Shown here piece by piece: positions 17,643-26,584 of a DNA stretch of 53,368 bases. Position 1 is the first letter of the stretch. Each line of letters begins with the position of its first letter. The translations under genes were made by a program, and so were the position numbers. The notes beneath the pieces are model-generated. The model searched no databases. It was not told where the DNA came from and saw only the letters and a list, made by a program, of their open reading frames with translations. Source of the DNA: Anaerovibrio sp. (GTDB lineage Bacteria > Bacillota > Negativicutes > Selenomonadales > Selenomonadaceae). The stretch lies in assembly GCF_051866355.1 (NCBI RefSeq), contig NZ_JBJDWZ010000133.1:1-53368 (forward strand), read 5' to 3'.

Positions 17643-18275
17643 ATGAGCTTTAGTGTAGATACCCTGGTAGTGGGGCCGATTGAGGAAAACTGTTATGTGC
17701 TGAAGGATGAGGAAACCGGTGAGGGCATTATTATTGATGCCGGTGACAACGGGCAGGAAATTCTTGCCTATGTCAAGGATAATGGCATTGATGTGAAGCT
17801 TTTGGTGAATACCCACGGCCATTGGGATCACATCGGCGCAGTGGATGTGCTGCGGGATGCCCTGGGAGTTCAGCTGGCAATCCACGGCGAGGATGCGCCC
17901 ATGCTGACTGCCAGCGAGGAGGAAATGGCTGTGTACAGCGTGTTTGTGGGCAGGAAGAAGCCGGCGGAGATTTTGCTGAAGGACGGGGATGTGATTAATT
18001 TCGGCAAATCAAGTTTGAAGGTTATCCATACGCCGGGCCATACCAAGGGCGGTATCTGCCTTTATGGCGGCGGCTGCCTCTTTAGCGGTGACACCTTGTT
18101 TGCCAGCAGTGTGGGGCGCACCGACCTGCCGGGGGGAGATTATCACGAAATCCTGCATTCCGTGAACGTGGCTCTGGCGCAGGTGGCTGATGAAACCAAG
18201 GTGTATCCGGGACACGGCCCTGCCACCCGCATGGGCAGGGAGCGCCGTTGCAATCCGTATTTGCAGCAGGGATAA
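17643..18275 (+). CDS. MBL-fold metallo-hydrolase (glyoxalase II/YcbL-like)
   Basis: THGHWDHIG, TPGHT, FSGDTLF, VGRTDLPGG, PGHG. Confidence 0.92.
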   Translation: MSFSVDTLVVGPIEENCYVLKDEETGEGIIIDAGDNGQEILAYVKDNGIDVKLLVNTHGHWDHIGAVDVLRDALGVQLAIHGEDAPMLTASEEEMAVYSVFVGRKKPAEILLKDGDVINFGKSSLKVIHTPGHTKGGICLYGGGCLFSGDTLFASSVGRTDLPGGDYHEILHSVNVALAQVADETKVYPGHGPATRMGRERRCNPYLQQG

Positions 18276-18285
18276 AATTAATAAT

Positions 18286-18325
18286 GCCGCGGCTTTTATT
18301 CTAAAGTCCCGCGGCTTATTTTTTT
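18286..18325 (+). terminator. Intrinsic terminator
   Basis: GCCGCGG...CCGCGGC followed by TTATTTTTTT. Confidence 0.8.
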
Positions 18326-18392
18326 GCTTTTTGTATGTATCTCTGATATAATATATTGTATTTGAATTTTACGGATAAAGGAGGCTGCCGTT

Positions 18393-18857
18393 ATGTCAGC
18401 TACATACTCTTTGGACGACTTAAAGCAGAAACTGCAAAATAGCCCATATAAGCTCACGCATCAGCGAAAAGTAGTGCTGGAGGTTTTTGTGAATAATCCC
18501 GGAGTACACCTCAGCGCAGAGGAAGTTCACGATACCCTGAAGCAGAAATCTGCCGATATAGGGCTTGCCACTGTGTACAGGGCATTGGAGCTTTTGTGCA
18601 ACAAGGAAATAGGCATCCTGCAGAAGATTGAGTTCGGCGATGGCTGCTCGCGTTATGAGCTGAACCTGACGGAGCCTAATTCCCATCAGCATCATCACAT
18701 GATATGCACGAGATGCAAGAAGGTAATCGAGTTCTCCGAGGATATGCTGGATGACCTGGAAGCGGATATTATGAGAAAATGCGGCTTCAAGGTAACTGAC
18801 CATCAGGTGAAGTTCTTTGGACTGTGTGAGGAGTGCCGGAACGAAATTGCGAATTAA
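18393..18857 (+). CDS. fur: Fur family transcriptional regulator
   Basis: HLSAEEV, GLATVYRAL, RYE, HHHMICTRC, CEEC; promoter TTGCTT(18324)-17-TATAAT(18347). The Fur/Zur/PerR subtype cannot be resolved from sequence. Confidence 0.88.
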   Translation: MSATYSLDDLKQKLQNSPYKLTHQRKVVLEVFVNNPGVHLSAEEVHDTLKQKSADIGLATVYRALELLCNKEIGILQKIEFGDGCSRYELNLTEPNSHQHHHMICTRCKKVIEFSEDMLDDLEADIMRKCGFKVTDHQVKFFGLCEECRNEIAN

Positions 18858-20439
18858 GGATTTTTTTCTCAACAGCCAGCATCAGGTAGTCTGCAAGGTG
18901 GTACGGGAGGTGCTGAACCTCTTTAAGATGGAGCTGCCGGTGCCGGTGGAAAAGCTCCCCTACAGAAAGAGCCCGGAAAAGCAGGCGGAGCTGATAAATA
19001 ACGATGCTTATGACCTGCTGGAGCTGAAAATAGAGAATTTTACGGAGGGCGTGCCGGGGGAAACTTCCTCGCCCATGACGGAGCGTCCGGGAGAACTGCC
19101 GGTGGTGCGGACTGTTGTGCATTATACTGCCGCTGACGGCAGCCGCCGCAGCATGGAGCGAACCGGTACAGGCAGGGGCAGTGAGCGTTTTGAGGCCGGG
19201 AAGCACCGCCTGATAAAGTTGAACCTGTACCACCTGCTGCGGCAGGAATTCGGCTTTCCGGAGGCGCCCTGGGGCATTCTGCACGGGGTTCGGCCCACGA
19301 AGATTGTTCACCGCCTTTTGAACGACGGACTGAGCCGTGATCAGGTGGTGGCGAGGCTGAAGGAGGATTATGCCGCCAGTGATGAGAAATCCGTGACCAT
19401 TACGGATATGGCCATCCGCCAGCGGCCTTTTTTGGCGCGGACGGACAAAAAGACCATCAGCATCTACGTGGGCATACCCTTCTGCCTGACCAGATGCCTG
19501 TACTGCTCCTTTCCCGCCAATATCCTGCCGGGGCAGAAGGGCATAGAGCGGTTTATGGTTGCCTTTCGCAAGGATTTGCTGGCAGTCAGGGAGCTGGTGC
19601 AGGGCTATGGCTTCAAGGTGCAGTCCGTTTATGTGGGGGGCGGCACGCCCACCAGCCTGCCGGACGATTATTTTGCCGAAATGCTTCATCTGGTGAGGGA
19701 CAGCTTCTGTTGTGAGCATACGGTGGAGTTTACGGTGGAGGCCGGGCGGCCTGACAGCATGTCCGGGGCAAAGCTTGCCGTCATGCAGGAATGCGGCGTC
19801 ACCCGTGTCAGCTGCAATCCCCAGACCATGCAGCAGCGCACCTTGAAGCGCATCGGCAGAAATCATACGGTGGAGGCCGTGTCGGAAATGTTTCATAACC
19901 TCCGCCGGGCGGGAATTCCGGAAATCAACATGGATTTGATTATCGGCCTGCCGGGGGAAAAGGTGGAGGATGTCAGAAGCACCATGGAGCAGATTATAGC
20001 ACTGGCGCCTGATGATATTACCCTTCATTCACTGGCGCTCAAGCGCGGCTCAAGGCTGAAGATGAATCTGGCGGATTATGAGCTGCCGGACGATGATACC
20101 TGCCGCGAGATGTTTGCGGTGGCCATGGACTATGTGACCAGGGCAGGCTTGAAGCCCTATTATCTCTATCGTCAGGGCTATATGAGCGGCCAGATGGAAA
20201 ACGTGGGCTGCAGCCGCGAAGGCGCGGAGAGCATGTACAATATCCAGATTATGGAGGAACAGCAGACCATTCTGGGCATTGGCGGTGCCGCTACCAGCAA
20301 GGTGGTGGATTTTCGGGAAAACAGGCTGAAATCCGTCTTTAATGCCAAGGATTTGGCCACCTATGAGCGGGACATTGATATATACATCGAAAAGCGCAGG
20401 GCACTGCTGGAGGAAATCTACGGCAGGCCGCAGACATAG
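18847..20439 (+). CDS. hemZ: HemZ, coproporphyrinogen III oxidase-like radical SAM protein
   Basis: PWGILHGVRPTK (HemZ-specific), PFCLTRCLYCSF (CxxxCxxC), GGGTPT, EAGRPDS, PYYLYRQ; TTG start overlapping the end of fur is inferred. Confidence 0.9.
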   Translation: MRIKDFFLNSQHQVVCKVVREVLNLFKMELPVPVEKLPYRKSPEKQAELINNDAYDLLELKIENFTEGVPGETSSPMTERPGELPVVRTVVHYTAADGSRRSMERTGTGRGSERFEAGKHRLIKLNLYHLLRQEFGFPEAPWGILHGVRPTKIVHRLLNDGLSRDQVVARLKEDYAASDEKSVTITDMAIRQRPFLARTDKKTISIYVGIPFCLTRCLYCSFPANILPGQKGIERFMVAFRKDLLAVRELVQGYGFKVQSVYVGGGTPTSLPDDYFAEMLHLVRDSFCCEHTVEFTVEAGRPDSMSGAKLAVMQECGVTRVSCNPQTMQQRTLKRIGRNHTVEAVSEMFHNLRRAGIPEINMDLIIGLPGEKVEDVRSTMEQIIALAPDDITLHSLALKRGSRLKMNLADYELPDDDTCREMFAVAMDYVTRAGLKPYYLYRQGYMSGQMENVGCSREGAESMYNIQIMEEQQTILGIGGAATSKVVDFRENRLKSVFNAKDLATYERDIDIYIEKRRALLEEIYGRPQT

Positions 20440-20541
20440 GCTGCAGGCATGGAAAAAGCCATATCTGCCGCTATGGGTGCTTAAGGCGTGTGTTAGATAC
20501 AGATATATGGGAATTATGAGATGACAGGAGGATAAAGAGGA

Positions 20542-21795
20542 ATGTTGACAAATGCACCTCGTGGTACTAAGGATATACTGCCGGATACAGTAGGCGATTG
20601 GAATTATGTGGAGGGTGAAATCCGTGAGCTGTGCCGCCGCTTTGGCTACAGCGAAATCAGGACCCCGATTTTTGAGCATACGGAGCTTTTTCAGCGTGGC
20701 ATCGGCGAGGGAACCGATGTGGTGGACAAGGAAATGTACACCTTTACCGACAGGGGGGACAGGAGCATTACCCTGCGCCCGGAGAATACGGCCTCGGCTG
20801 TCCGTGCCTATCTGCAGAACAAGCTCTATGCGGAGTCCAATCTGGTGAAGCTGTTTTATATCGGCTCCATGTTCCGCTATGACCGTCCCCAGGCGGGGCG
20901 CATGCGTGAGTTCCATCAGTTTGGCGTGGAGGCGCTGGGAGAGGCCAATCCTGCGGTTGATGCAGAGGTAATCCTGCTGGCCATGAGCCTTTTGGAGGGA
21001 CTGGGGCTGAAGGATTTGGAGCTGTCCATCAATTCTGTGGGCTGTCCGAATTGCCGAAGCAGGTATCGCACCATGCTGCAGGACTTCTTCCGGGATAAGC
21101 TGGATGATTTGTGCGAGGATTGCCGCAGCCGTTTTGACCGCAGCCCGCTGCGCATTCTGGACTGCAAGAAGGACAGTGACAAGCCGTACATGGCGGATGC
21201 ACCGAAGATTACCGACTGCCTGTGCGAGGAGTGCAGCGGACATTTTGCCAAATTGCAGGAATATCTTACTAATGCCGGCATCAGCTTCCAGCATGACCCT
21301 CGTCTGGTGCGGGGGCTGGACTACTACACCAAGACTGCCTTTGAAATCAAGTATCCGCCGCTGGGGGCCCAGAGTGCCGTGGCAGGCGGCGGCCGCTATG
21401 ACGGGCTGATTGAGGAAATGGGCGGAAGCCCTACCCCTGCCGTGGGTTTTGCTACCGGCCTTGAGCGCCTGCTTCTGGCCCTTGAGAGCCAGAACCTGCT
21501 GCCGGAGAAGAGCCGCAGTGTGGATGCCTATGTGGTGGCGCTGGGTGAGGCCGCCCAGTCCGAAGGGTTCAAGCTCTTGAACCAGCTGCGCAGTGCCGGC
21601 CTGTCTGCGGCCATGGATTTTGCCGGCCGCAGCATGAAGGCGCAGATGAAGCAGGCCAACAAGCTGGGGGCGCGCTATGCCCTCATCCTCGGTGATGATG
21701 AGATTGCCGAGGGCGTGGTTATGCTCCGCAGCATGTCCGACAGCCAGCAGGAAAAGGTGGCCATTTCCGGGGTGATTGGGAAAATTAAGGCATAA
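20542..21795 (+). CDS. hisS: Histidyl-tRNA synthetase
   Basis: PRGTKD, LRPENTA, FRYDRPQAGR.REFHQ, VRGLDYY, GGGRYD. Confidence 0.98.
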   Translation: MLTNAPRGTKDILPDTVGDWNYVEGEIRELCRRFGYSEIRTPIFEHTELFQRGIGEGTDVVDKEMYTFTDRGDRSITLRPENTASAVRAYLQNKLYAESNLVKLFYIGSMFRYDRPQAGRMREFHQFGVEALGEANPAVDAEVILLAMSLLEGLGLKDLELSINSVGCPNCRSRYRTMLQDFFRDKLDDLCEDCRSRFDRSPLRILDCKKDSDKPYMADAPKITDCLCEECSGHFAKLQEYLTNAGISFQHDPRLVRGLDYYTKTAFEIKYPPLGAQSAVAGGGRYDGLIEEMGGSPTPAVGFATGLERLLLALESQNLLPEKSRSVDAYVVALGEAAQSEGFKLLNQLRSAGLSAAMDFAGRSMKAQMKQANKLGARYALILGDDEIAEGVVMLRSMSDSQQEKVAISGVIGKIKA

Positions 21796-21810
21796 CATTT
21801 GGCAAAATCA

Positions 21811-21839
21811 TTGTCAGCTTTTGGTGAGTTTGTTATAAT
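21811..21839 (+). promoter_or_regulatory. sigma-A promoter for aspS
   Basis: TTGTCA-17-TATAAT with TG. Confidence 0.7.
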
Positions 21840-21901
21840 GACAGTTGCGAAAAAAATATTCGATTAGATGATAATTAGATTTTATGAGGTGAAAGTTTTA
21901 G

Positions 21902-23707
21902 ATGGATACTTTAGAAGGTTTGAAGCGTTCCCATCACTGCGGTGAGCTGCGTGCTGACCATGTAGGCAGTGAGGTTGTTCTTTGCGGCTGGGTTTCCCGC
22001 CGCCGCGACCACGGCGGACTGATTTTTGTTGATTTGCGTGACCGTTCCGGTCTGGTGCAGGTGGTTATCGACGAGGCGGCTATCGGCGAGGAGGCATTCC
22101 ACAAGGCCGAGACCATCCGCAACGAGTTTGTGGTGGCTGTCCGCGGCGGCGTGCGTGCCCGTTCCGAGGAAACCGTGAATCCTAACATGGCTACCGGCAT
22201 GATTGAGGTTGTAGTGGAAGAGCTGCGCATTCTCAACAAGGCAAAGACGCCGCCATTCTACATTCAGGATGGCATCGAGGTGGATGAGATGCTGCGCCTG
22301 AAGTATCGCTATCTTGATCTGCGCCGTCCTGAGATGCAGAAGAATCTCATGCTGCGCCATCGCGTAACCAAGATTATGCGCGATTACTTCGACAGGAACG
22401 GCTTTTTGGAGATTGAGACGCCGATGCTCTGCAAGTCCACCCCGGAGGGGGCCCGTGACTTTCTGGTGCCTAGCCGCCTCAATCCGGGCGAGTTCTATGC
22501 CCTGCCGCAGTCTCCGCAGATTTACAAGCAGATTCTGATGCTGTCCGGTCTGGAGAAGTATTTCCAGATTGTGCGCTGCTTCCGCGATGAGGATTTGCGC
22601 GCTGACCGTCAGCCTGAGTTTACCCAGCTGGACATCGAGATGTCCTTCATTGATCAGGAGACCATCCTGACCATGATGGAAGGCATGATGGGTGAGATTT
22701 TTGACAAGGCTCTGGACAGGAAAATCCCTGAGAAGTTCCTGCGCATGACCTGGGATGAGGCTATGGAGCGCTACGGCTCTGACAAGCCTGACCTGCGCTT
22801 TGGCATGGAGCTGATGGATATTTCCGAGCATGTACAGGGCTCTGACTTCAAGGTGTTCAAGTCCGTGCTGGAAAATGGCGGGCAGGTAAAGGTCATCAAT
22901 GTCGAGGGCTATGCCAATATTCCGCGCCGCGAGCTGGACGGCCTTGTGCAGTATGTTCAGGGCTACGGTGCCAAGGGACTGGCGTGGATTCAGTATACCG
23001 AGGAAGGCATCAAGTCTCCGTTCAAGAAGTTCTATTCTGATGAAACCTTTGAGAACATCAGGCAGGCTACCGGCGCCAAGATTGGCGATTTGCTGCTGGT
23101 TATTGCTGACAAGCCGCTGGTTGTGGCTCAGGCTCTGGGCGAGCTGCGCCTTGAGATGGCACGCCGCCGCGGCCTGATTGACCCTGACAAGCTCAGCTTC
23201 CTGTGGGTTGTTGACTTCCCGATGTTCGAGTACAGCGAAGAGGACAAGCGCTGGAAGGCTATGCACCATCCGTTCACCGCACCGCGTGACGAGGATGTCC
23301 AGTACCTTACCTCTGATCCGGGCCGTGTCAAGGCCATTGCCTATGATATGGTTCTCAACGGCGTGGAGATTGGCGGCGGTTCCCTGCGTATCTATCAGAA
23401 CGATATTCAGGAGAAGGTATTCGAGGCTATTGGCCTGACTGCCGAGGCCGCCCACAGCAAGTTCGGCTTTATGCTGGATGCCTTCAAGTACGGTGCACCG
23501 CCTCATGGCGGACTGGCCTTCGGCCTTGACCGCCTGATTATGCTGATGGCAAAGAGAAAGTCCATCCGCGACGTTATTGCTTTCCCTAAGACCCAAAGTG
23601 CGTCCGACGTCATGTCCCAGGCACCTTCCGAGGTTGACGAGAAGCAGCTGAAGGAGCTTTCTATCCGCACCCATGTAAAGAAGAAGGTCAAGGAAGATAA
23701 GGAGTAA
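21902..23707 (+). CDS. aspS: Aspartyl-tRNA synthetase
   Basis: RRDHGGLIF.DLRD, STPEGARDF, LPQSPQ, FRDEDLRADRQPEFTQ, HHPFT, PPHGG.A.GLDR. Confidence 0.98.
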   Translation: MDTLEGLKRSHHCGELRADHVGSEVVLCGWVSRRRDHGGLIFVDLRDRSGLVQVVIDEAAIGEEAFHKAETIRNEFVVAVRGGVRARSEETVNPNMATGMIEVVVEELRILNKAKTPPFYIQDGIEVDEMLRLKYRYLDLRRPEMQKNLMLRHRVTKIMRDYFDRNGFLEIETPMLCKSTPEGARDFLVPSRLNPGEFYALPQSPQIYKQILMLSGLEKYFQIVRCFRDEDLRADRQPEFTQLDIEMSFIDQETILTMMEGMMGEIFDKALDRKIPEKFLRMTWDEAMERYGSDKPDLRFGMELMDISEHVQGSDFKVFKSVLENGGQVKVINVEGYANIPRRELDGLVQYVQGYGAKGLAWIQYTEEGIKSPFKKFYSDETFENIRQATGAKIGDLLLVIADKPLVVAQALGELRLEMARRRGLIDPDKLSFLWVVDFPMFEYSEEDKRWKAMHHPFTAPRDEDVQYLTSDPGRVKAIAYDMVLNGVEIGGGSLRIYQNDIQEKVFEAIGLTAEAAHSKFGFMLDAFKYGAPPHGGLAFGLDRLIMLMAKRKSIRDVIAFPKTQSASDVMSQAPSEVDEKQLKELSIRTHVKKKVKEDKE

Positions 23708-23765
23708 TCTGCCGATGGCAGGCATCTGTTCCTGATTTTCGGCCATTGATTTTCGGTTGTGAAAT

Positions 23766-23805
23766 AATACCCTGTCAGAAGTTTGTATTCTGGCAGGGTA
23801 TTTTT
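23766..23805 (+). terminator. Intrinsic terminator after aspS
   Basis: AATACCCTGTCAGAA...TTCTGGCAGGGTATT followed by a T tract. Confidence 0.85.
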
Positions 23806-23880
23806 GTTTTAGGTACTAGTATTATTAGTGGGACTTATGGTATAATCACAAGTGATTATTTTGTTCAAAGGGATGATTGT

Positions 23881-24954
23881 ATGGAGGTTCCTACTTCTGT
23901 ATTGAGCATAACCTGTATGTTCATGCTGACCATGCTGGTGCAGACATATATGTCGGAATCCGTGGACGAGCACATGAGGGTGGCTTTTTTGCGCGGTTTT
24001 TCTACAATTCTGATTTGCGCCCTGCTGGATTGGGGCAGGGGTGTCCTGAACGGTTCCCAGGTGTGCCCGGTGTGGCTGCACGGGCTGATAGTCAGCCTTG
24101 AATATTCGCTGGCACCTGTGGTAGTGCTGTTTATGCTGGGAGTTCTGGGCGCTATTAACCGCAATCGTTTTTTGGTGCCGCTTTTTGCCTTCAATGCAAT
24201 TCTGCAGTGTACTACCGGCTTTACGGAGTGGATTTTTTACATAGACAGTGCCAACTATTTTGTGCGGGGGGACTGGTTCAGGGTGTATGTATCCTTTTAT
24301 ACGCTGGGCATCTTTGTCATGTACCGGGAGGTGTACAGGTGCAGCTGGGTATATCAGAACCGCAACGGCTGGATGCTGTTAATGAGCATTATTTCCCTTA
24401 CCGTCGGAGTGGGGGAGAATGAGTTTGCTGGCGAGTGCTATACGACCTTTCTGGCAGTAGCTATAGCCGCCACCATGTTTTACGTCTACTTTCTGGATAT
24501 CGGGATTCAGACTGATGCCCTGACAAGGCTGCTGAACAGGCGCTGCTATACCAATCACCTGAAGAAGATTGATTATCCGACGGCTATAATCATGTTTGAT
24601 GTAAATAAGTTCAAATACATAAATGATACCTATGGCCATGAAAAAGGCGATGTGGTGCTGCAGTATGTGGCAAGCTGCCTGCGCAGGACCTGCGGCCGGC
24701 TGGGATACATCTATCGCCTGGGCGGTGACGAGTTTTGCCTGATTCTGCGGAAAGGCTATCTGAAAAAGGTGGATTTCGGGCAGCTGCGCCAGGAGCTGGA
24801 CAGGCAGCTTGAGATATACAGGCAGAAGGAGCCGGTGATGCCGTCCGTGTCCATGGGGCATGCGGTATACGACGGCGGCTTGTCTGTAGGCAGTGTGGTA
24901 CGGCAGGCTGACCAGCAGATGTACATCAACAAAAATGGCAGAAGTGAGTTTTAA
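23881..24954 (+). CDS. Membrane-bound diguanylate cyclase (multi-TM + GGDEF)
   Basis: About 6-7 hydrophobic segments, then DALTRLLNRR, DVNKFKYINDTYGHEKGD, YRLGGDEF. Confidence 0.92.
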   Translation: MEVPTSVLSITCMFMLTMLVQTYMSESVDEHMRVAFLRGFSTILICALLDWGRGVLNGSQVCPVWLHGLIVSLEYSLAPVVVLFMLGVLGAINRNRFLVPLFAFNAILQCTTGFTEWIFYIDSANYFVRGDWFRVYVSFYTLGIFVMYREVYRCSWVYQNRNGWMLLMSIISLTVGVGENEFAGECYTTFLAVAIAATMFYVYFLDIGIQTDALTRLLNRRCYTNHLKKIDYPTAIIMFDVNKFKYINDTYGHEKGDVVLQYVASCLRRTCGRLGYIYRLGGDEFCLILRKGYLKKVDFGQLRQELDRQLEIYRQKEPVMPSVSMGHAVYDGGLSVGSVVRQADQQMYINKNGRSEF

Positions 24955-25137
24955 GGCAGTCAGGCCGCATTATATATAGATATAATTATATAACGAATAT
25001 TTTTTCGATTTTTTATTAAAAAGGCTGGCCTTTGCAGTAATTTTTTGGTATGATAGGTACAGAATTTTTAGTGAAAGGGCGCGGCTGCTTCCTGCGGGAA
25101 TGCGGGCGGAGCTTGTCTGATTGGGGGATTAAAGAGC

Positions 25138-25593
25138 ATGAACAAGGTTATTTTAAAGGGGCGTCTGGCCCGTGATGTAGATTTGCGTACTACGCCGAGC
25201 GGAAAATCTGTGGCTCAGGCTACCATTGCGGTGGATCGCTGGGGCAAGGATCAGCCGGCGGATTTTATTCCGCTGGTAATCTGGGGGCCGCAGGCGGAAA
25301 CCTTTGCCAGATATCTGTTCAAGGGCCGTGAGGTGCTGGTAGAGGGGCGTATGCAGGTGCGCAGCTATGATGACAAGAACGGCAACAAGCGGTATGTGAC
25401 AGAGGTTATCGTGGATAACTTCGAGTTCTGCGGCAGCAGGAATGATGCCGGCAATGCCCCGGCTTCCGGCGGCTTTGACGGAGGCAGCGGCTTTGGCGCG
25501 CCTGCAGGTGGCAGCGGGGCAGCGGCAGGTGGTTCGCCGTTTGGCACCAGCGAAGGCTTTGGACAGCCTGTGGATGGGGATATTCCATTTTAA
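25138..25593 (+). CDS. ssb: Single-stranded DNA-binding protein
   Basis: MNKVILKGRL OB fold, Gly-rich linker, C-terminal DGDIPF. Confidence 0.96.
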   Translation: MNKVILKGRLARDVDLRTTPSGKSVAQATIAVDRWGKDQPADFIPLVIWGPQAETFARYLFKGREVLVEGRMQVRSYDDKNGNKRYVTEVIVDNFEFCGSRNDAGNAPASGGFDGGSGFGAPAGGSGAAAGGSPFGTSEGFGQPVDGDIPF

Positions 25594-25625
25594 TGGGCAT
25601 AATGTGAATTTGGATGAGAAAAAAC

Positions 25626-25654
25626 TTGCGTAACCATAAGAAATATGGTATAGT
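25626..25654 (+). promoter_or_regulatory. rpsB promoter
   Basis: TTGCGT-17-TATAGT with TG. Confidence 0.7.
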
Positions 25655-25659
25655 AGCAA

Positions 25660-25745
25660 GCGGTGTAATTAGAAAAACGCACGCTGGCTGATATTTGTAC
25701 TGTGCCCATGGGGTTTAACAAAGGATGAGGCCGGCGGAGGAAAGA
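25660..25745 (+). ncRNA. rpsB 5' leader (S2 autoregulatory / t44-like RNA)
   Basis: About 105-nt UTR; GGTGT...ACGCACGCTGGCT...AGGCCGGCGGAGG long-range stem; position is typical of the S2 leader. Confidence 0.65.
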
Positions 25746-25765
25746 AAAACAGGAGGTGCACCACT

Positions 25766-26482
25766 ATGGCAGTTGTTTCTATGAAACAGTTATTGGAGGC
25801 CGGTGTTCATTTCGGACATCAGACCAGGAGATGGAACCCGAAGATGGCAAAGTACATCTTCACCGAGCGCAATGGTATCTATATCATTGACCTGCAGAAG
25901 ACCGTAAAGAAGGCCGAGGAGGCTTACAACTTCGTACGCAGCGTGGCAGAGGAAGGCAAGACCGTTCTGTTCGTCGGTACCAAGAAGCAGGCTCAGGAGG
26001 CTATCAAGGACGAGGCTCTGAAGGCAGACATGTACTTCGTAAATGAGCGTTGGCTGGGCGGCATGCTCACCAACTTCCAGACCATCCAGAAGCGCGTAAA
26101 CCGCCTGAAGGAGCTGGAGGCTATGGAAGCTGACGGTACTTTTGAGGTTCTGACCAAGAAAGAGGTTCAGGGCCTGAAGCATGAGATGGAGAAGCTGGAG
26201 AAGTATCTCGGCGGCATCAAGGACATGGACAAGCTCCCAGGTGCTCTGTTCATCGTTGACCCTCGCAAGGAGCGCATCGCTGTTGCCGAGGCTCACAAGC
26301 TGAACATTCCTATCGTTGCTATCATCGATACCAACTGTGATCCGGACGAGATTGATTATCCAATCCCTGGCAACGATGATGCTATCCGCGCTGTACGCCT
26401 GCTGACCGGCAAGATTGCTGACGCAATCATCGAGGGCCGTCAGGGCGAGGCTGCAGAGGCTCCTGCCGAGGACGCTGAGTAA
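25766..26482 (+). CDS. rpsB: 30S ribosomal protein S2
   Basis: [39 protein letters not shown]. Confidence 0.99.
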   Translation: MAVVSMKQLLEAGVHFGHQTRRWNPKMAKYIFTERNGIYIIDLQKTVKKAEEAYNFVRSVAEEGKTVLFVGTKKQAQEAIKDEALKADMYFVNERWLGGMLTNFQTIQKRVNRLKELEAMEADGTFEVLTKKEVQGLKHEMEKLEKYLGGIKDMDKLPGALFIVDPRKERIAVAEAHKLNIPIVAIIDTNCDPDEIDYPIPGNDDAIRAVRLLTGKIADAIIEGRQGEAAEAPAEDAE

Positions 26483-26510
26483 TTCTATTTCTCAACATAA
26501 GAATTAATTG

Positions 26511-26547
26511 GGGTAAAGGGAGAATTTTTATCCCTTTGCCCTTTTTT
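26511..26547 (+). terminator. Terminator/attenuator between rpsB and tsf
   Basis: GGGTAAAGGGA...TCCCTTTGCCC followed by TTTTTT. Confidence 0.75.
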
Positions 26548-26584
26548 ATTAGAAATATCGCATATATTGAGGAGGAAACATATA

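Noticed and set aside
20440-20541. Possible T-box leader before hisS
   Set aside because: Only about 100 nt; no AAGGTGGTACCGCG-like T-box and no terminator; just a small hairpin.
23708-23880. 6S RNA, which often follows aspS in Firmicutes
   Set aside because: Only about 60 nt precede the terminator; no room for a ~180-nt rod structure.
25060-25130. c-di-GMP riboswitch next to the GGDEF gene
   Set aside because: A GAAA is present, but the GGCAAA...GACGCAAAG consensus and the P1/P2 architecture are absent.
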